A DNA stretch of 64,000 nt from Candidatus Thorarchaeota archaeon (GCA_048882325.1 JBHLRS010000001.1:85557-149556); one strand, 5' to 3'. Positions 30,739 to 41,448 are shown, counted from the first letter of the stretch. Numbers and translations: made by a program. The notes: generated from the sequence alone by a model not told the origin.

Positions 30739-31437
30739 TCACGGTGAAAGTGCGAAGTGAAACACTGATGCTGATAGTGTCAACATTGCTATCAGATGTG
30801 CTAGTAGAATTTCGAAAATGAACAAAACTGTTAGACCCATCCCTAATACTAGTGCGCCTGTTCCAAGGACAGCAATTTTGGTGAGTTCGATTAACAACAT
30901 CAGACCTGAGATTGCTGTTGGGAAGTATACCAAGGGAAAAATGGTCGACTTCGACTCTGATGGCATCGTCAAGGCTGATGCCATTGATCCCACTGCTGCC
31001 AAGTCCAATGTACCGATGAGAATAGTGGCCATCATTAGTGGGAGGTCATTGAATATAGAGAAACCAAACAATACCGAGATGATAGGAACCAGAAAAATCT
31101 CCACGAGTCCCATTAGTAAAAATCCATAGACTACCTTTCCTAGATATACAGACCATGCTGGAATTGGAGCTGTGGCTAAACCTCGAAGTGTGCCTGTTTC
31201 TGCTTCTGAAAGGAATATAGGTGCAAATCCAAACATGCCTGTGAAGAATATGATGACCCAAAGCAAAGCGCTACCAACTTCTTGTGGCACTATTCCTCCT
31301 GTGACTACTGCAAAGGAAAAGGCTAGAACTGCAATCAATGCAAAGAGGAACATCGAGAACATTTCGAACTTCTTACGAAATTGAGTGAGAATGTCTTTCT
31401 TCGCGATTGCCAGTGCTGCACCTAGTCCTGATGTCAT
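30739..31437 (-). CDS. ccmB: ABC permease CcmB
   Basis: About 6 TM; FLSEAETGTLRGL; position between ccmA and ccmC. Confidence 0.85.
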   Translation of the reverse strand: MTSGLGAALAIAKKDILTQFRKKFEMFSMFLFALIAVLAFSFAVVTGGIVPQEVGSALLWVIIFFTGMFGFAPIFLSEAETGTLRGLATAPIPAWSVYLGKVVYGFLLMGLVEIFLVPIISVLFGFSIFNDLPLMMATILIGTLDLAAVGSMASALTMPSESKSTIFPLVYFPTAISGLMLLIELTKIAVLGTGALVLGMGLTVLFIFEILLAHLIAMLTLSASVFHFALSP

Positions 31438-31446
31438 CCTTACACC

Positions 31447-32124
31447 TCACAGAGATTGGTCAAATTCAGATATTGGACCTTGGCTTACAACCACACCCTT
31501 TCTAAGTGTCACATACTCATCACACAATGCTGCACCATATGCAAGATTGTGTGTTGTTACAATAGTCGTTCTTGCATTCCTATACTCATTCAGGTATTCC
31601 CAGAAGTCTTCAGTTGTGTCTTTATCCAGCCCACTGAAAGGCTCATCCAGAAGCAACAATTCAGGATCGTGTATCAGACTTCGGACAATATCGAACCTTT
31701 TCTTCAGACCCGTTGAGAGATTCTTCACAGGTTCTTCAAGCCATGTATTAATGGAAAATCGTGTGGTCAAATCCGCGACCTGAGATTCAAAAAACTCTGC
31801 TGCGAGCCCGTAGAGTTTCCCGTAGAACTTAAGATTCTCCAGACCTGTCAGTTCCTCGTAGAGAAGCACTTTGTCACCTACCAGCCCGATTCTGCTTTTC
31901 ACCTCTTCAGGCTCTTCCTGAGGATCAAATCCCATCACAGAGATTTGCCCTCCATGAGGTCTCAGAAGGGTGGAGATGACTCGCATGAGCGTTGTCTTGC
32001 CCGCTCCATTGGATCCAAAGAGACCATGAACCCCTCCCTTCGAAAACCTGAGTGAAACTTTCCTTAATGCGACTCTGTAGCCATAGCGTCTTGTGAGTTC
32101 GTTTGTTTCTATGGCTACTGTCAC
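31447..32124 (-). CDS. ccmA: ABC ATPase CcmA
   Basis: Walker A GSNGAGKTT, signature LSTG, Walker B LLLDEP. Start placed at GTG 32124 after AGGTGG (ORF track starts at 32196). Confidence 0.85.
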   Translation of the reverse strand: MTVAIETNELTRRYGYRVALRKVSLRFSKGGVHGLFGSNGAGKTTLMRVISTLLRPHGGQISVMGFDPQEEPEEVKSRIGLVGDKVLLYEELTGLENLKFYGKLYGLAAEFFESQVADLTTRFSINTWLEEPVKNLSTGLKKRFDIVRSLIHDPELLLLDEPFSGLDKDTTEDFWEYLNEYRNARTTIVTTHNLAYGAALCDEYVTLRKGVVVSQGPISEFDQSL

Positions 32125-32231
32125 TAGTTGATCCACCTTTGATGTCAGCTGAACGCACTTGAAACCCTTATTTAATGTGCTGGATGAATGCCTCATGCTT
32201 TAACTTGGTTCAGCTGATGCTGAGGATGTTG

Positions 32232-33449
32232 TTACTCAAGTCCCATCAAACTCATGAATAGGTCCTCAATATTGAGTACCTTGATATCCACTCCACGTTT
32301 TTTCACGGCATCAAGAAAGTTCAACTTACAGAACACACAGGATGAAACAACAGTTGTTGCTCCAGTTTCGAGGGCCTGATTTAACCTTCTCTCAGCCACA
32401 TTGATCGCATTCTCGCCGAATCCAGCCTTGAATCCTCCTCCGGCTCCGCAACAAACAGAGTTTTGCCTGTTCCGCTCCATTTCAACGAAATTAATTCCAG
32501 GGATACTTTTTAGTATCTCTCTAGGTGGTTCAAAGATGCCAACATGTCGGCCGAGATGGCAAGGATCGTGGTATGTTACTGTTTCGGGGTAATCCTTCTT
32601 CCACTCGAGCTCTCCTTTTTTCAGCTTGAGAGCCAAGAATTGTGTAAGATGTTGGGTAGAGAAGGGGAGAATACCATGTCTTTCTCTGTAATATCTGGGC
32701 CAATCTAAAGTTGTTGTCCGATAACATCCTGAGCATGAGAAGATGACATGCTTGATACCTCTAGACTTCATTTGCTCAACATTATGAACGATGAACTTCT
32801 CAGCCTCGAGTGTTCCTAGCAGCTCCATCTCACCATCCTCTGACTCCTCGTGAATCGGACGAACCACCTGTCCTGTTCTAATCAATGGGCTACAACAACA
32901 GTATTCATCAGCTCCAAGAATCTGAGGTTCAACTCCAAAGTAGTTGAGCATTCGAAGAGTCGCATCAGCAATCTCTGGTCTCTTGTACGATGCTGTGCAT
33001 CCTACAAAATAACCCCACTCAGAATCTTCCGAGATTCTTGTATCTGGTTGGACCCAGTCACCTCGTTCCCTAGGGTTCTCTCCAAACACATTGTTGAATT
33101 TAAATGCCATATCACCCATGACATGCAATTTTCCATAGGGCCCCTTGCCCATCTGAACGAGTTTTTTCCGAACATCCTCGATTATTCTGACATATGGTAC
33201 TTTGATAGGACACCTCTCGACACACTGTTCGCAGGTACTGCACGCATATACTGCTCGTATGAATCCTTCATCAACAGGTAGATTCTTCTCAACATATGAT
33301 CGTAAAAGTCTAAGACGTCCTCCAGCGAAGTACGCTTCCGACTTAAACTCCTCATAACTAGTGCATGTCCATCTGCATGTCGAGCAATTACTACATAGGA
33401 CAATCTGGTCAGGATCCACATCAAGCTCAGGTGTAAAGAATCGCGCCAT
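32232..33449 (-). CDS. (Fe-S)-binding CCG-domain protein (HdrD/GlcF/GlpC-like)
   Basis: CSNCSTCRWTC and CSTCEQCVERCP ferredoxin motifs; YCCCSP, CSGC, HDPCHLGR, CCGAGGG. Confidence 0.9.
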   Translation of the reverse strand: MARFFTPELDVDPDQIVLCSNCSTCRWTCTSYEEFKSEAYFAGGRLRLLRSYVEKNLPVDEGFIRAVYACSTCEQCVERCPIKVPYVRIIEDVRKKLVQMGKGPYGKLHVMGDMAFKFNNVFGENPRERGDWVQPDTRISEDSEWGYFVGCTASYKRPEIADATLRMLNYFGVEPQILGADEYCCCSPLIRTGQVVRPIHEESEDGEMELLGTLEAEKFIVHNVEQMKSRGIKHVIFSCSGCYRTTTLDWPRYYRERHGILPFSTQHLTQFLALKLKKGELEWKKDYPETVTYHDPCHLGRHVGIFEPPREILKSIPGINFVEMERNRQNSVCCGAGGGFKAGFGENAINVAERRLNQALETGATTVVSSCVFCKLNFLDAVKKRGVDIKVLNIEDLFMSLMGLE

Positions 33450-34931
33450 CTAGAAACTTCCCTCCTGGTATGATACTGGAATCTGTAGAATCTTCTTCGC
33501 TCTTCGGAGTAATGCCTGCAACCTCCGGAAGTTTCCATTCATTGTAAACATGAGATTCAATCGTGTGTATGACATGACACAATGTGTCAACTTGTCAGGA
33601 TTCATTATTCCTTTCGGATCCCAAGTTTTACGAAGTTCCTTATAGCGCTTGTAATCTTCAGGTTGGTATTTCTTGATGTAGACGGTGTTCTGGAGCCCTA
33701 AAGTATAGAGCCTACCACCTCGTCGATACATCATTTTTACAAGTTTGTGAAGCATAGATTTTCCAGACATAAAATGCATCCAATGCCTGTGGTCTGAGGG
33801 AGCAAACACGCAAAGTCGGGCCATTGAAGAGCTACCAAGAACGCAATAGAAACAAGAATTGATGTGGTAGTTGCTTGCGATTTTGTACATCTTCCTTACG
33901 ATTGGCTCAATATGCTGAATCGGAATCCAGAAATTCTGCATTGACAGTGTGGGGACCTCGAGCTTCAGTTTCATCTCGACGATGTTTCTGTCTTCCCAAT
34001 TCTTGTTGTAGTAATCCTGTTGCATCTCCTCTCCACCCGCAACCTCAAAAATACCGCGGGCAGTTTTCATTGATTCAGCTACTTCATCTGCGGGTCCGCC
34101 ATATGTTACCATAACAAAGAACAGCCCCGATGTCCCCGGTGGTAGACCTCCTTGAATCCGCCACTCGTATTCAAGGTCCGTCAGTCTTAAGTAGACTGGT
34201 TGTGTTTTCGTCTTACTTAACCGGGAAAGAGCATCCACGGCTTTATGCAGGTCGTCGAACGCAAACATAAAGCCCTGAATTTCTTCTGGTATCGGAATCA
34301 CTTTCATCTTTATGGTTGTGACAACCCCAGCAATCCCAGAAGTTCCAAAGAATGGCTTCATGTCTTCTCCCGTTACCGTATCGATAGTGCCATCTGGTCT
34401 AACAACTTCCATCTCAAGCACATTTTCAATCATTGAACCATACTTCGGGGTTCCGACTCCAGCCGAACCACCAATTGCTAACCAACCAGCAAGGGTAGAT
34501 GCCACACCACTCTGAGGTGCAGATGGTATTGCCAAGCCATGTTTGCTTAAATCATTGTTGAGAATCTCCCAAACAGCGCCTGCTTCTACTATTATCCACC
34601 CATCATCTTTGTTTACTTCTTTGAGTTTATCCATGCGTTTTGTGTCAATCACAATTCCGCCCCTTGTCGGACTTGCTGAACCATAGTAGCACGTCCCTCC
34701 ACCTCTTGGAATGATGGGTATTTTCTTCTTTGAGGCGAATTGAATAATTTGTGATACTTCTTCACTTGACTCTGGCCACGCTACATAGTCTGCAAGCCAT
34801 TTCTTTTTCCATCTATAGTGATAATATGGGATTCCGGTTGTATCTCCACTTGCAGATAGACGCTCAGCAATCAGGTCACTAACCCATGGCACTTCGGAAA
34901 GTTTTGTGATTTGGTCTGTTGAATTCATCAT
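33450..34931 (-). CDS. FAD-binding oxidoreductase (GlcD/D-LDH/VAO family), type A
   Basis: PRGGGT, STLAGWLAIGG, GIAGVVT, WDPKGIMNP; paralog of 45247..46728. Confidence 0.88.
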   Translation of the reverse strand: MMNSTDQITKLSEVPWVSDLIAERLSASGDTTGIPYYHYRWKKKWLADYVAWPESSEEVSQIIQFASKKKIPIIPRGGGTCYYGSASPTRGGIVIDTKRMDKLKEVNKDDGWIIVEAGAVWEILNNDLSKHGLAIPSAPQSGVASTLAGWLAIGGSAGVGTPKYGSMIENVLEMEVVRPDGTIDTVTGEDMKPFFGTSGIAGVVTTIKMKVIPIPEEIQGFMFAFDDLHKAVDALSRLSKTKTQPVYLRLTDLEYEWRIQGGLPPGTSGLFFVMVTYGGPADEVAESMKTARGIFEVAGGEEMQQDYYNKNWEDRNIVEMKLKLEVPTLSMQNFWIPIQHIEPIVRKMYKIASNYHINSCFYCVLGSSSMARLCVFAPSDHRHWMHFMSGKSMLHKLVKMMYRRGGRLYTLGLQNTVYIKKYQPEDYKRYKELRKTWDPKGIMNPDKLTHCVMSYTRLNLMFTMNGNFRRLQALLRRAKKILQIPVSYQEGSF

Positions 34932-34940
34932 TATTCACCT

Positions 34941-35351
34941 CTAGGCAATATATAGAAGATATCCCATGACAAAGACTATTGTCCAACATGTTGCAGCAGT
35001 CAGACCAGGTATTTGTGTTCGAATGCCTGATATGCCAGTAAGAAAGGCACCAACACCAGCCAAGTACCCAATCACACCTAAACCAATATGGATTAGATGA
35101 AACAGATCCGCGCTTCCTGATCTCAACACCGTGTCTGTAAGTGGGAGAATCGCTACGATATTGACTGATGTCAGTAACAAGGCCAGTCCTGCACATACTC
35201 CATGGACAAAGGTGTATTTCTCTTTAGAAATGTAATATAATGAAGTACCAATATAGAGGAGTATCAGTGCGGGAAGTCCAAGTATGACGCTCATGTGTAC
35301 ATTGCCGATTTGTAATGCCTGAAGTTGACTAGTTATCATAGTTGTAGTCAT
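34941..35351 (-). CDS. 4-TM His-rich cytochrome b-like membrane protein
   Basis: Four TM helices with His in HMSV, FVHG and FHLIH; homologous to the C-terminus of 46730..47929. Confidence 0.6.
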   Translation of the reverse strand: MTTTMITSQLQALQIGNVHMSVILGLPALILLYIGTSLYYISKEKYTFVHGVCAGLALLLTSVNIVAILPLTDTVLRSGSADLFHLIHIGLGVIGYLAGVGAFLTGISGIRTQIPGLTAATCWTIVFVMGYLLYIA

Positions 35352-35513
35352 TCAGATACCTCCTTGAGTGAGAAATGATGTTTTGATGGCTTGCACGAAA
35401 GAAAAACAAGTTGCAGAAGGTCACCTCTTTCTGAAAATGGATAGAATAAGTATTGAATTGGTGCTTTCATTACATTCAAGCCCTGGTCACATCCAACATT
35501 CATTCTACCTCCT

Positions 35514-37232
35514 TTAATGGAAGATTTTCCTTCCTAGTCTAAGGAATGGTGTACCAATTGAAAGTACGACCGTTATTGGAATAAGATTAGCAAACTCTGA
35601 AACAGCATATCCAACAAGTAACCCTACAGCGAACCAGATGAGAAAGCTCGTTAGATCATTGACTACTATCCATGGAACATATGCCTGAAATATGGTTGGT
35701 ACAAACAATCTTGCAACCCAGATGACGACTGGTGCAATTAATCCTGCAGCGAACATGATGAGCAGATTTATCCTAATACTCAGTACCAATGGTCCTGGAA
35801 ATACTTTGTGTGAATTGAGATATCCCTTTTTGTCAGTTTTACGTTTCAGATTTGACATCTTAGCGTATTCTTCTTTACCATAGAAGCTCCTCGAATGTGC
35901 AGCGTTCCACATTCCGATAGAGTAAGCCCTGCCACCATGTTTCAATCCTAGATTGATCACATCCAAGGAACGATACCAACCCATGAGGAATGATATTCTG
36001 CGACGTTCATCATCTGGGAACCATGTCAGAACTGCAACCTCTCCTCTGTCGGTTATTGCCCCTTCTAGGGCAAAATCCTCATCTTTGAAATGCTTGTTCA
36101 TATGAGTGATATACTCATCAAGATTCTCTAGTGGAACGTATACCTCAGAAGGCGCTAGACTCGGTCCCAGTCTCTTAATCCGCATGGGATAGAACCGCTC
36201 ACCCCATTCATGCTCTGCAACCTCCTTTGATTCAAGGGATCCACTATACCGACTTACAATATGTTCAAGTTTTTCAATCTCGGTAGCTATTTCATCCTCG
36301 GTACCTTCGAAAGCGCACGAGATTACAAATTCACCAGTCGTTGGTGGAGCTTGATTCACCTCTCTTAGCATACCATAGAATTTGTCCGTTATGAAATGCA
36401 GATAGAAGGGTCTTGTAGCCTCAAGAATATCCTGAAGTGCTCCAACCATTAGACTCTGGCTTCTAAAGGAGGATGTTGTTGGTCTGATGTTTCGAAGTGG
36501 AATGATTTTTAGGACGACTTTTGTGATCACACCAAGTGTACCATTGCTGTCCAGAAAGAGCTGCGTTGAATCAGGATTATACATAAACTCGCCGACATCA
36601 CCATAGAATGTATCTCCTCCACCAAAGTTCTTAGTTTCTTTTTCTATCATGAATTCCTCTTCGGACGTTTCCTTTGTTCGAATAACTCTACCATCTGGAA
36701 GTACTACTTCAAGGTCTACCACCTGTTCTGATATACCACCATATTTTGTACTTCCGATTCCAGATCCGCCTGCTGCAACCCAACCTCCAACCGTGCTTGA
36801 TGGAGCGCTGGAAGGATAAGCGGCTACGGTGACACCCTCATCCTCTAGCTCTTCAATCAGTTTTCCCCAGATTATTCCAGCACCTACCTCAATTGTCATT
36901 GTCTGTTTGTCAATGTTCAGGATCTGATTCATTCTGGTCATTTCAACAACAAGTCCACCTCTTGTAGGAAGTGCGCCCCCATATCCACTTGTCCCATGAC
37001 CTCTGGGAACCACAGGGATATTATTCTCTTTGCAATAAACCAACAGATTCGACACAACTTCAGTTGTTGTTGGTTGAGCTACGGCTTCCGCGTGCGGATT
37101 TAATACATCATTGACAATTCCAGGCAGTGCTGCAATATCACTTGAGTAAAGTTTGGTCATGTATTTCTCAGCTGAGAAATAGTCTTCACCTACGATGTCA
37201 GCCAAATTCTGAATGTGTTTCTTCCCAATCAT
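35514..37232 (-). CDS. FAD-binding oxidoreductase, type B with C-terminal TM helices
   Basis: PRGHGTSGYGG, YPSSAPSSTVGGW, GTLGVIT, RFYPMRIKR; hydrophobic C-terminus; paralog of 39727..41448. Confidence 0.88.
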   Translation of the reverse strand: MIGKKHIQNLADIVGEDYFSAEKYMTKLYSSDIAALPGIVNDVLNPHAEAVAQPTTTEVVSNLLVYCKENNIPVVPRGHGTSGYGGALPTRGGLVVEMTRMNQILNIDKQTMTIEVGAGIIWGKLIEELEDEGVTVAAYPSSAPSSTVGGWVAAGGSGIGSTKYGGISEQVVDLEVVLPDGRVIRTKETSEEEFMIEKETKNFGGGDTFYGDVGEFMYNPDSTQLFLDSNGTLGVITKVVLKIIPLRNIRPTTSSFRSQSLMVGALQDILEATRPFYLHFITDKFYGMLREVNQAPPTTGEFVISCAFEGTEDEIATEIEKLEHIVSRYSGSLESKEVAEHEWGERFYPMRIKRLGPSLAPSEVYVPLENLDEYITHMNKHFKDEDFALEGAITDRGEVAVLTWFPDDERRRISFLMGWYRSLDVINLGLKHGGRAYSIGMWNAAHSRSFYGKEEYAKMSNLKRKTDKKGYLNSHKVFPGPLVLSIRINLLIMFAAGLIAPVVIWVARLFVPTIFQAYVPWIVVNDLTSFLIWFAVGLLVGYAVSEFANLIPITVVLSIGTPFLRLGRKIFH

Positions 37233-37243
37233 TCTAGCACCAC

Positions 37244-38422
37244 CTAGAGACCCAACGCCTCCACCACAATCTGAGACAGGTCTTTGAACTTGATCTTAGA
37301 TTCGCGGTTTTCAATTCCATCATTAAGAGACATTGTACATGATGGACATTCACTCGCCAATATAGTCGCACCCGTCTTTTCAGCCTCCTCAATCCGTCTT
37401 GCTGAAACTCTAACTGACGCTACTGGATATGTTCCTTTGAGTAATCCGCCACCACCACAACATCTAGCTTTGTTCCGATTGTGTTTCATCTCTTTCAATG
37501 TAAGGCCCGGAATTGCACTAAGAAGCTCGCGAGCTGGATTGTAGATATTCTGATGTCTTCCCAATTCACAAGGATCGTGCCACACCACTTCATGTGGGTA
37601 CTCTTTATCGAACTTGATCTTTCCTTCTTTCAGTAGCCTAAGTGCGAACTCAGAAAATGGAAGGAATTCGAGACCTTCAACCACCTCTTTCCCGAGGAGA
37701 TGTGGATATTCTTCAGCAAATGCTCGATGACAGCCTGGACAATTGAATACAACTGTCTTGACACCGAGATTCTTTAGAGCTTTAATGTTGTGCATGGCCA
37801 GTTCTTTTCCTTTGTCAAAACCACCTGCAACGAAGTAAGGATTTCCACAACAGAATTCATCATCTCCTAGAATTGTGAAATCCACTCCTGCAGCATCCAT
37901 TACCCTTATGGTGTTCTCACCCATGTGGGCAAGAGTACCTTTGAATGAAATGTTACATCCTGCGAAATAAGCAACCTCTGCTTCAATACCAATCCTATCT
38001 TCCACGAGATCATCAACCATATCTGTCCAGAGGGTCCTGTCAGCTTGGTCCATCTCCATAATGTTCTGAGTCTGCTGTAGCGAATCATCAATGTAATTGA
38101 CAATCTCTGGCCATTGATTTAGATTACCTATCTCTTGTCTTGTTAGTTGCCAAAATCTTAGGAGAGGAATGTTTGTCTGACAAATCTCTTGACAGGCTCC
38201 ACATAGTGTACAATAGAAGATCCTCTGAGCGAAGTCGGGTGGAATCGGTTTGTTTTCTTTGATAAGGGTTCTAAGTTGCTGTAACTTTCCTCTAGGTGAT
38301 TGCGAGTCCCAAAGTGTGTCCAAATATGCTGGACAAACGAATGTACAGAATCCACACTTTGCACACACTGTTGGCTCTATGTCGAGTCCTTCAAGTTTGT
38401 GAGGTTCGTATGGTTTTGTCAT
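37244..38422 (-). CDS. (Fe-S)-binding CCG-domain protein
   Basis: CAKCGFCTFVCP, CTLCGACQEIC, CCGNP, HDPCELGR, CCGGGG. Confidence 0.9.
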   Translation of the reverse strand: MTKPYEPHKLEGLDIEPTVCAKCGFCTFVCPAYLDTLWDSQSPRGKLQQLRTLIKENKPIPPDFAQRIFYCTLCGACQEICQTNIPLLRFWQLTRQEIGNLNQWPEIVNYIDDSLQQTQNIMEMDQADRTLWTDMVDDLVEDRIGIEAEVAYFAGCNISFKGTLAHMGENTIRVMDAAGVDFTILGDDEFCCGNPYFVAGGFDKGKELAMHNIKALKNLGVKTVVFNCPGCHRAFAEEYPHLLGKEVVEGLEFLPFSEFALRLLKEGKIKFDKEYPHEVVWHDPCELGRHQNIYNPARELLSAIPGLTLKEMKHNRNKARCCGGGGLLKGTYPVASVRVSARRIEEAEKTGATILASECPSCTMSLNDGIENRESKIKFKDLSQIVVEALGL

Positions 38423-38437
38423 TACTGAATCTCCTTA

Positions 38438-38938
38438 TCACGGCCATGGTATTCCGATCCAGTCTAGGATTGGTTTTAGGATTGAGGTATCATAGACAAA
38501 TATACCTCCTAATGCTCCCATGATCATCATCAAGACCCCACCAAAGATTACTAGAATCGCGTAGGGGAAATAGGTGGACGCCTTAACCCACACTCTGTCT
38601 CCAAGCCTTGCGCGAACAATAATCAGATAGACATAGATCTCCATAGATACTACCGACCAGAGAATCTTGAACCGCATTATTGATGATTCAACCAAGTCGA
38701 GGAATGTGTACTCGTCCATGAAACCTGTTAATGCCCCAGCGAACAGTCCTAGAAGACCGATGATACCCCCTACATATATGAATACATCAAATTGATGAAA
38801 TATCTTCGATAATCTAGTCCCTGGTGTGTTTATGTTGTCCCTAAAGAGTATACGAAGTAAGAGATTTACCAAAGCCACAGCAGCTGTGGCAGTCAAAATT
38901 CCAGTATGAAAGTGTACGAAAACAGGATGAATCGCCAT
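38438..38938 (-). CDS. DUF2231-like 4-TM membrane protein, putative heme b binder
   Basis: N-terminal IHPVFVHF motif, ...LTG..., GALGGIFVY. Confidence 0.6.
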   Translation of the reverse strand: MAIHPVFVHFHTGILTATAAVALVNLLLRILFRDNINTPGTRLSKIFHQFDVFIYVGGIIGLLGLFAGALTGFMDEYTFLDLVESSIMRFKILWSVVSMEIYVYLIIVRARLGDRVWVKASTYFPYAILVIFGGVLMMIMGALGGIFVYDTSILKPILDWIGIPWP

Positions 38939-38951
38939 TCATATCACCTCT

Positions 38952-39530
38952 TCATTGACCTCTCCTGAATGCTAGGTATCCAAAGATTATCAGCAGCACT
39001 CCGGTGACAATAGGAACCCCAATCATCATCATTCTCCAAATTTCCACTCGATCCAATGGTGGGGGAGTTGTTGGCAAAGTACCAGGTTCGCCTGTTACAT
39101 TGACTGCAACATCAAATGAATCTGAAAGAGCTCCTGCTGCTGCGGTCCAGATTCGAATTGTATAGGTGCCATTGGTAAATGGTGTAAAAGTTATCGCTAC
39201 TGATATTTCTCCAGCAGCTCCATTAGTGTCATTTGTTGATCCGTCTTGGACTAGAGGTTCAGAAACCATGAAATAATCATTGTCAGCCCATCCACTCTTG
39301 ATTGCGATATATTCAGCTCCATTTCCTGCTTCTATCTGAAGTGTAAAGGAGTCTCCAGTTTCCGCATCAACTGTGGAGTTTGTTGTAACTGTGAGTGTAC
39401 CTGTGTTTGTATGACAATTTCCACACTCACTTGTGTAATCAGAATTTGCCACAACTGAATTTGCTGCAGCAATAACCAAAACAAGAAAGCTCATGACTAC
39501 AATGAGCTTCGTAGCGTGGTTCCGTTTCAT
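38952..39530 (-). CDS. Exported monoheme c-type cytochrome with C-terminal TM anchor
   Basis: Signal peptide, CGNCH, beta-rich domain, PTTPPP linker, TM helix, RRGQ. Confidence 0.7.
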   Translation of the reverse strand: MKRNHATKLIVVMSFLVLVIAAANSVVANSDYTSECGNCHTNTGTLTVTTNSTVDAETGDSFTLQIEAGNGAEYIAIKSGWADNDYFMVSEPLVQDGSTNDTNGAAGEISVAITFTPFTNGTYTIRIWTAAAGALSDSFDVAVNVTGEPGTLPTTPPPLDRVEIWRMMMIGVPIVTGVLLIIFGYLAFRRGQ

Positions 39531-39726
39531 ATATTCGTCACCTAGACTTGGTTACATATTGCATCTATAGAACGATTCAAGGCATTATCCAAGTTTCGAT
39601 TTTGAACATAAATCCCGTATAAGAGCATATTGGTAAACCATGTTAATAGTAATATTGCACACAATGGTGCATGTCAATTTTCTATAGTGCAACACAGTTT
39701 TGTAAGCTCATCAATCACTTCAATGT

Positions 39727-41448
39727 TTACCTACGAAAAATCTTGCTTAGAATTCTTAGTAGAGGAATACCTATTGAGAGTGACAGATTAAGTGACATTA
39801 GTCTAATGACAAATATACCAAAAAGACCAGCTCCCAATGATAGCCACACCAGTAATGGAATAGGACTTAATCCAACCAGACTCGATCCCAACAGTTGTGA
39901 CAACCACTCCCAACCAATAAAATCCGGTCCAATCAGACCTGCAAATAGCACAACAAAGAATCCAAGCAGAAATCCGAATACCATCGATGCACGACCAACC
40001 GTAACTCTTCCACCAAACACCTTCACAGGATTCATGAGATTGTCAGGGTCTAACCTCTTCTTCATAATCTTCAGGTCTTGATAGTTTTTACTACCATAGT
40101 ACTTTTCCGCATGTCGCGAGTTCCAAAGACCAACAGCATATGGGAGACCGCCAAATCTCTCAGCTAAAGCTGCTATCCGAAAAGACCTGTACCACCCAAT
40201 TGTGAATGAAAAACTCTTTCGCTCATCATCTAGTATCCAGACCATGAAGGAGCTAGAATGATCATTGCTTATAGTTCCCTCAATTGCTACCTTGGATCTT
40301 CTTAATTCATCTTTAGTCTTCTCAAGTATTTCTGGAAGCTTGTTCAGTGGAGCAAGCATCTCAGCTGGTACAAGACTTGGTCCATGACGTTTAATTCTTA
40401 GTGGATAAAGTCGTTCATCCCAATAGAACCATGCTCTATCATCATCTAACTTTATCCCGCCTTCTTTCTTTGTAATGTCTTCAATCTGCTCTATGTTCTC
40501 TTCATTTTGATAAATCGTATCGAGAAGTGCGCCTGTCAGAACATAACTCCCTTGTTCCAATTCAAAACCATCAAGAGCTCTTAATTTTGCTGTGTAGTTG
40601 TCTGCAAGAAACCTCAGAAAGTACGGTTGAGTTTCTGAGATAATCTTCGTGGCAGCGGTAATCAGTTCCCTCATCGATTCGAAAGAACATGCAAAGGGAA
40701 CAAGCTGCAAATTAGGTATGGTCTTGAGTGTCACTTTGGTGATTATTCCAAGCGTTCCATACGTCCCTGTAATAAGCTTTGACTCTTGTTCGGGAGTCCC
40801 TAAACCTGCATCAGTCAGTTCCTGACTAAGCCACTTGTTTCCCTTTTCCACCTCTTCTTGAAGATTATCAGTCTGAGGGTCTAACAAGACTTTTCCAAGT
40901 CTTACAACCTTGCCATTTGGAAGGACTGCCTCAATCCCTAGAACCTGCTTTAGGATTTCCCCGTATCGTGTTGAACCAATACCAAGACCCCCACTTGCAA
41001 CAAAACCTCCGACGGTGGCAGCAGTCGCACTTGAGGGATAAACTGGAAGAGTGAATCCCAGACGCTCAAGAAATTCAAGAAGGTTTCTCCAAGTAATTCC
41101 AGATTCCACTGTAATCGCTTGTTCAAATTCGTTGAAGTAGAGTATATTCGACATACTCGACATATCAACACACAGCCCCCCTCTTGTCGGGATTGATCCG
41201 CCCCAGCCAGATGTTCCATTACCCCGGGGAACAATTGGTATTTTGTAATCAAGAGCATACCAGATTAATTTCTGAATCGAAAGGACATCAACGGGCTGTG
41301 TTACAACATCGAATCTTGGACTAACTATCTGATACGCAATACCTGGGAGACTTGTGACATCTTTCGAATAGAGTGTACGAGTCTCATATGTTGTTGAAAC
41401 ATTATCAGCTCCTACAATGTCTCCAATACGCATTTCATCTATCCTCAT
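39727..41448 (-). CDS. FAD-binding oxidoreductase, type B with C-terminal TM helices
   Basis: PRGNGTSGWGG, YPSSATAATVGGF, RLYPLRIKR, DPDNLMNP; hydrophobic C-terminus; ATGA overlap with the upstream CCG gene. Confidence 0.88.
   Translation of the reverse strand: MRIDEMRIGDIVGADNVSTTYETRTLYSKDVTSLPGIAYQIVSPRFDVVTQPVDVLSIQKLIWYALDYKIPIVPRGNGTSGWGGSIPTRGGLCVDMSSMSNILYFNEFEQAITVESGITWRNLLEFLERLGFTLPVYPSSATAATVGGFVASGGLGIGSTRYGEILKQVLGIEAVLPNGKVVRLGKVLLDPQTDNLQEEVEKGNKWLSQELTDAGLGTPEQESKLITGTYGTLGIITKVTLKTIPNLQLVPFACSFESMRELITAATKIISETQPYFLRFLADNYTAKLRALDGFELEQGSYVLTGALLDTIYQNEENIEQIEDITKKEGGIKLDDDRAWFYWDERLYPLRIKRHGPSLVPAEMLAPLNKLPEILEKTKDELRRSKVAIEGTISNDHSSSFMVWILDDERKSFSFTIGWYRSFRIAALAERFGGLPYAVGLWNSRHAEKYYGSKNYQDLKIMKKRLDPDNLMNPVKVFGGRVTVGRASMVFGFLLGFFVVLFAGLIGPDFIGWEWLSQLLGSSLVGLSPIPLLVWLSLGAGLFGIFVIRLMSLNLSLSIGIPLLRILSKIFRR

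Noticed and set aside
31447-32196. Generic drug-efflux ABC transporter
   Set aside because: Context with ccmB/C/D/E identifies it as CcmA.
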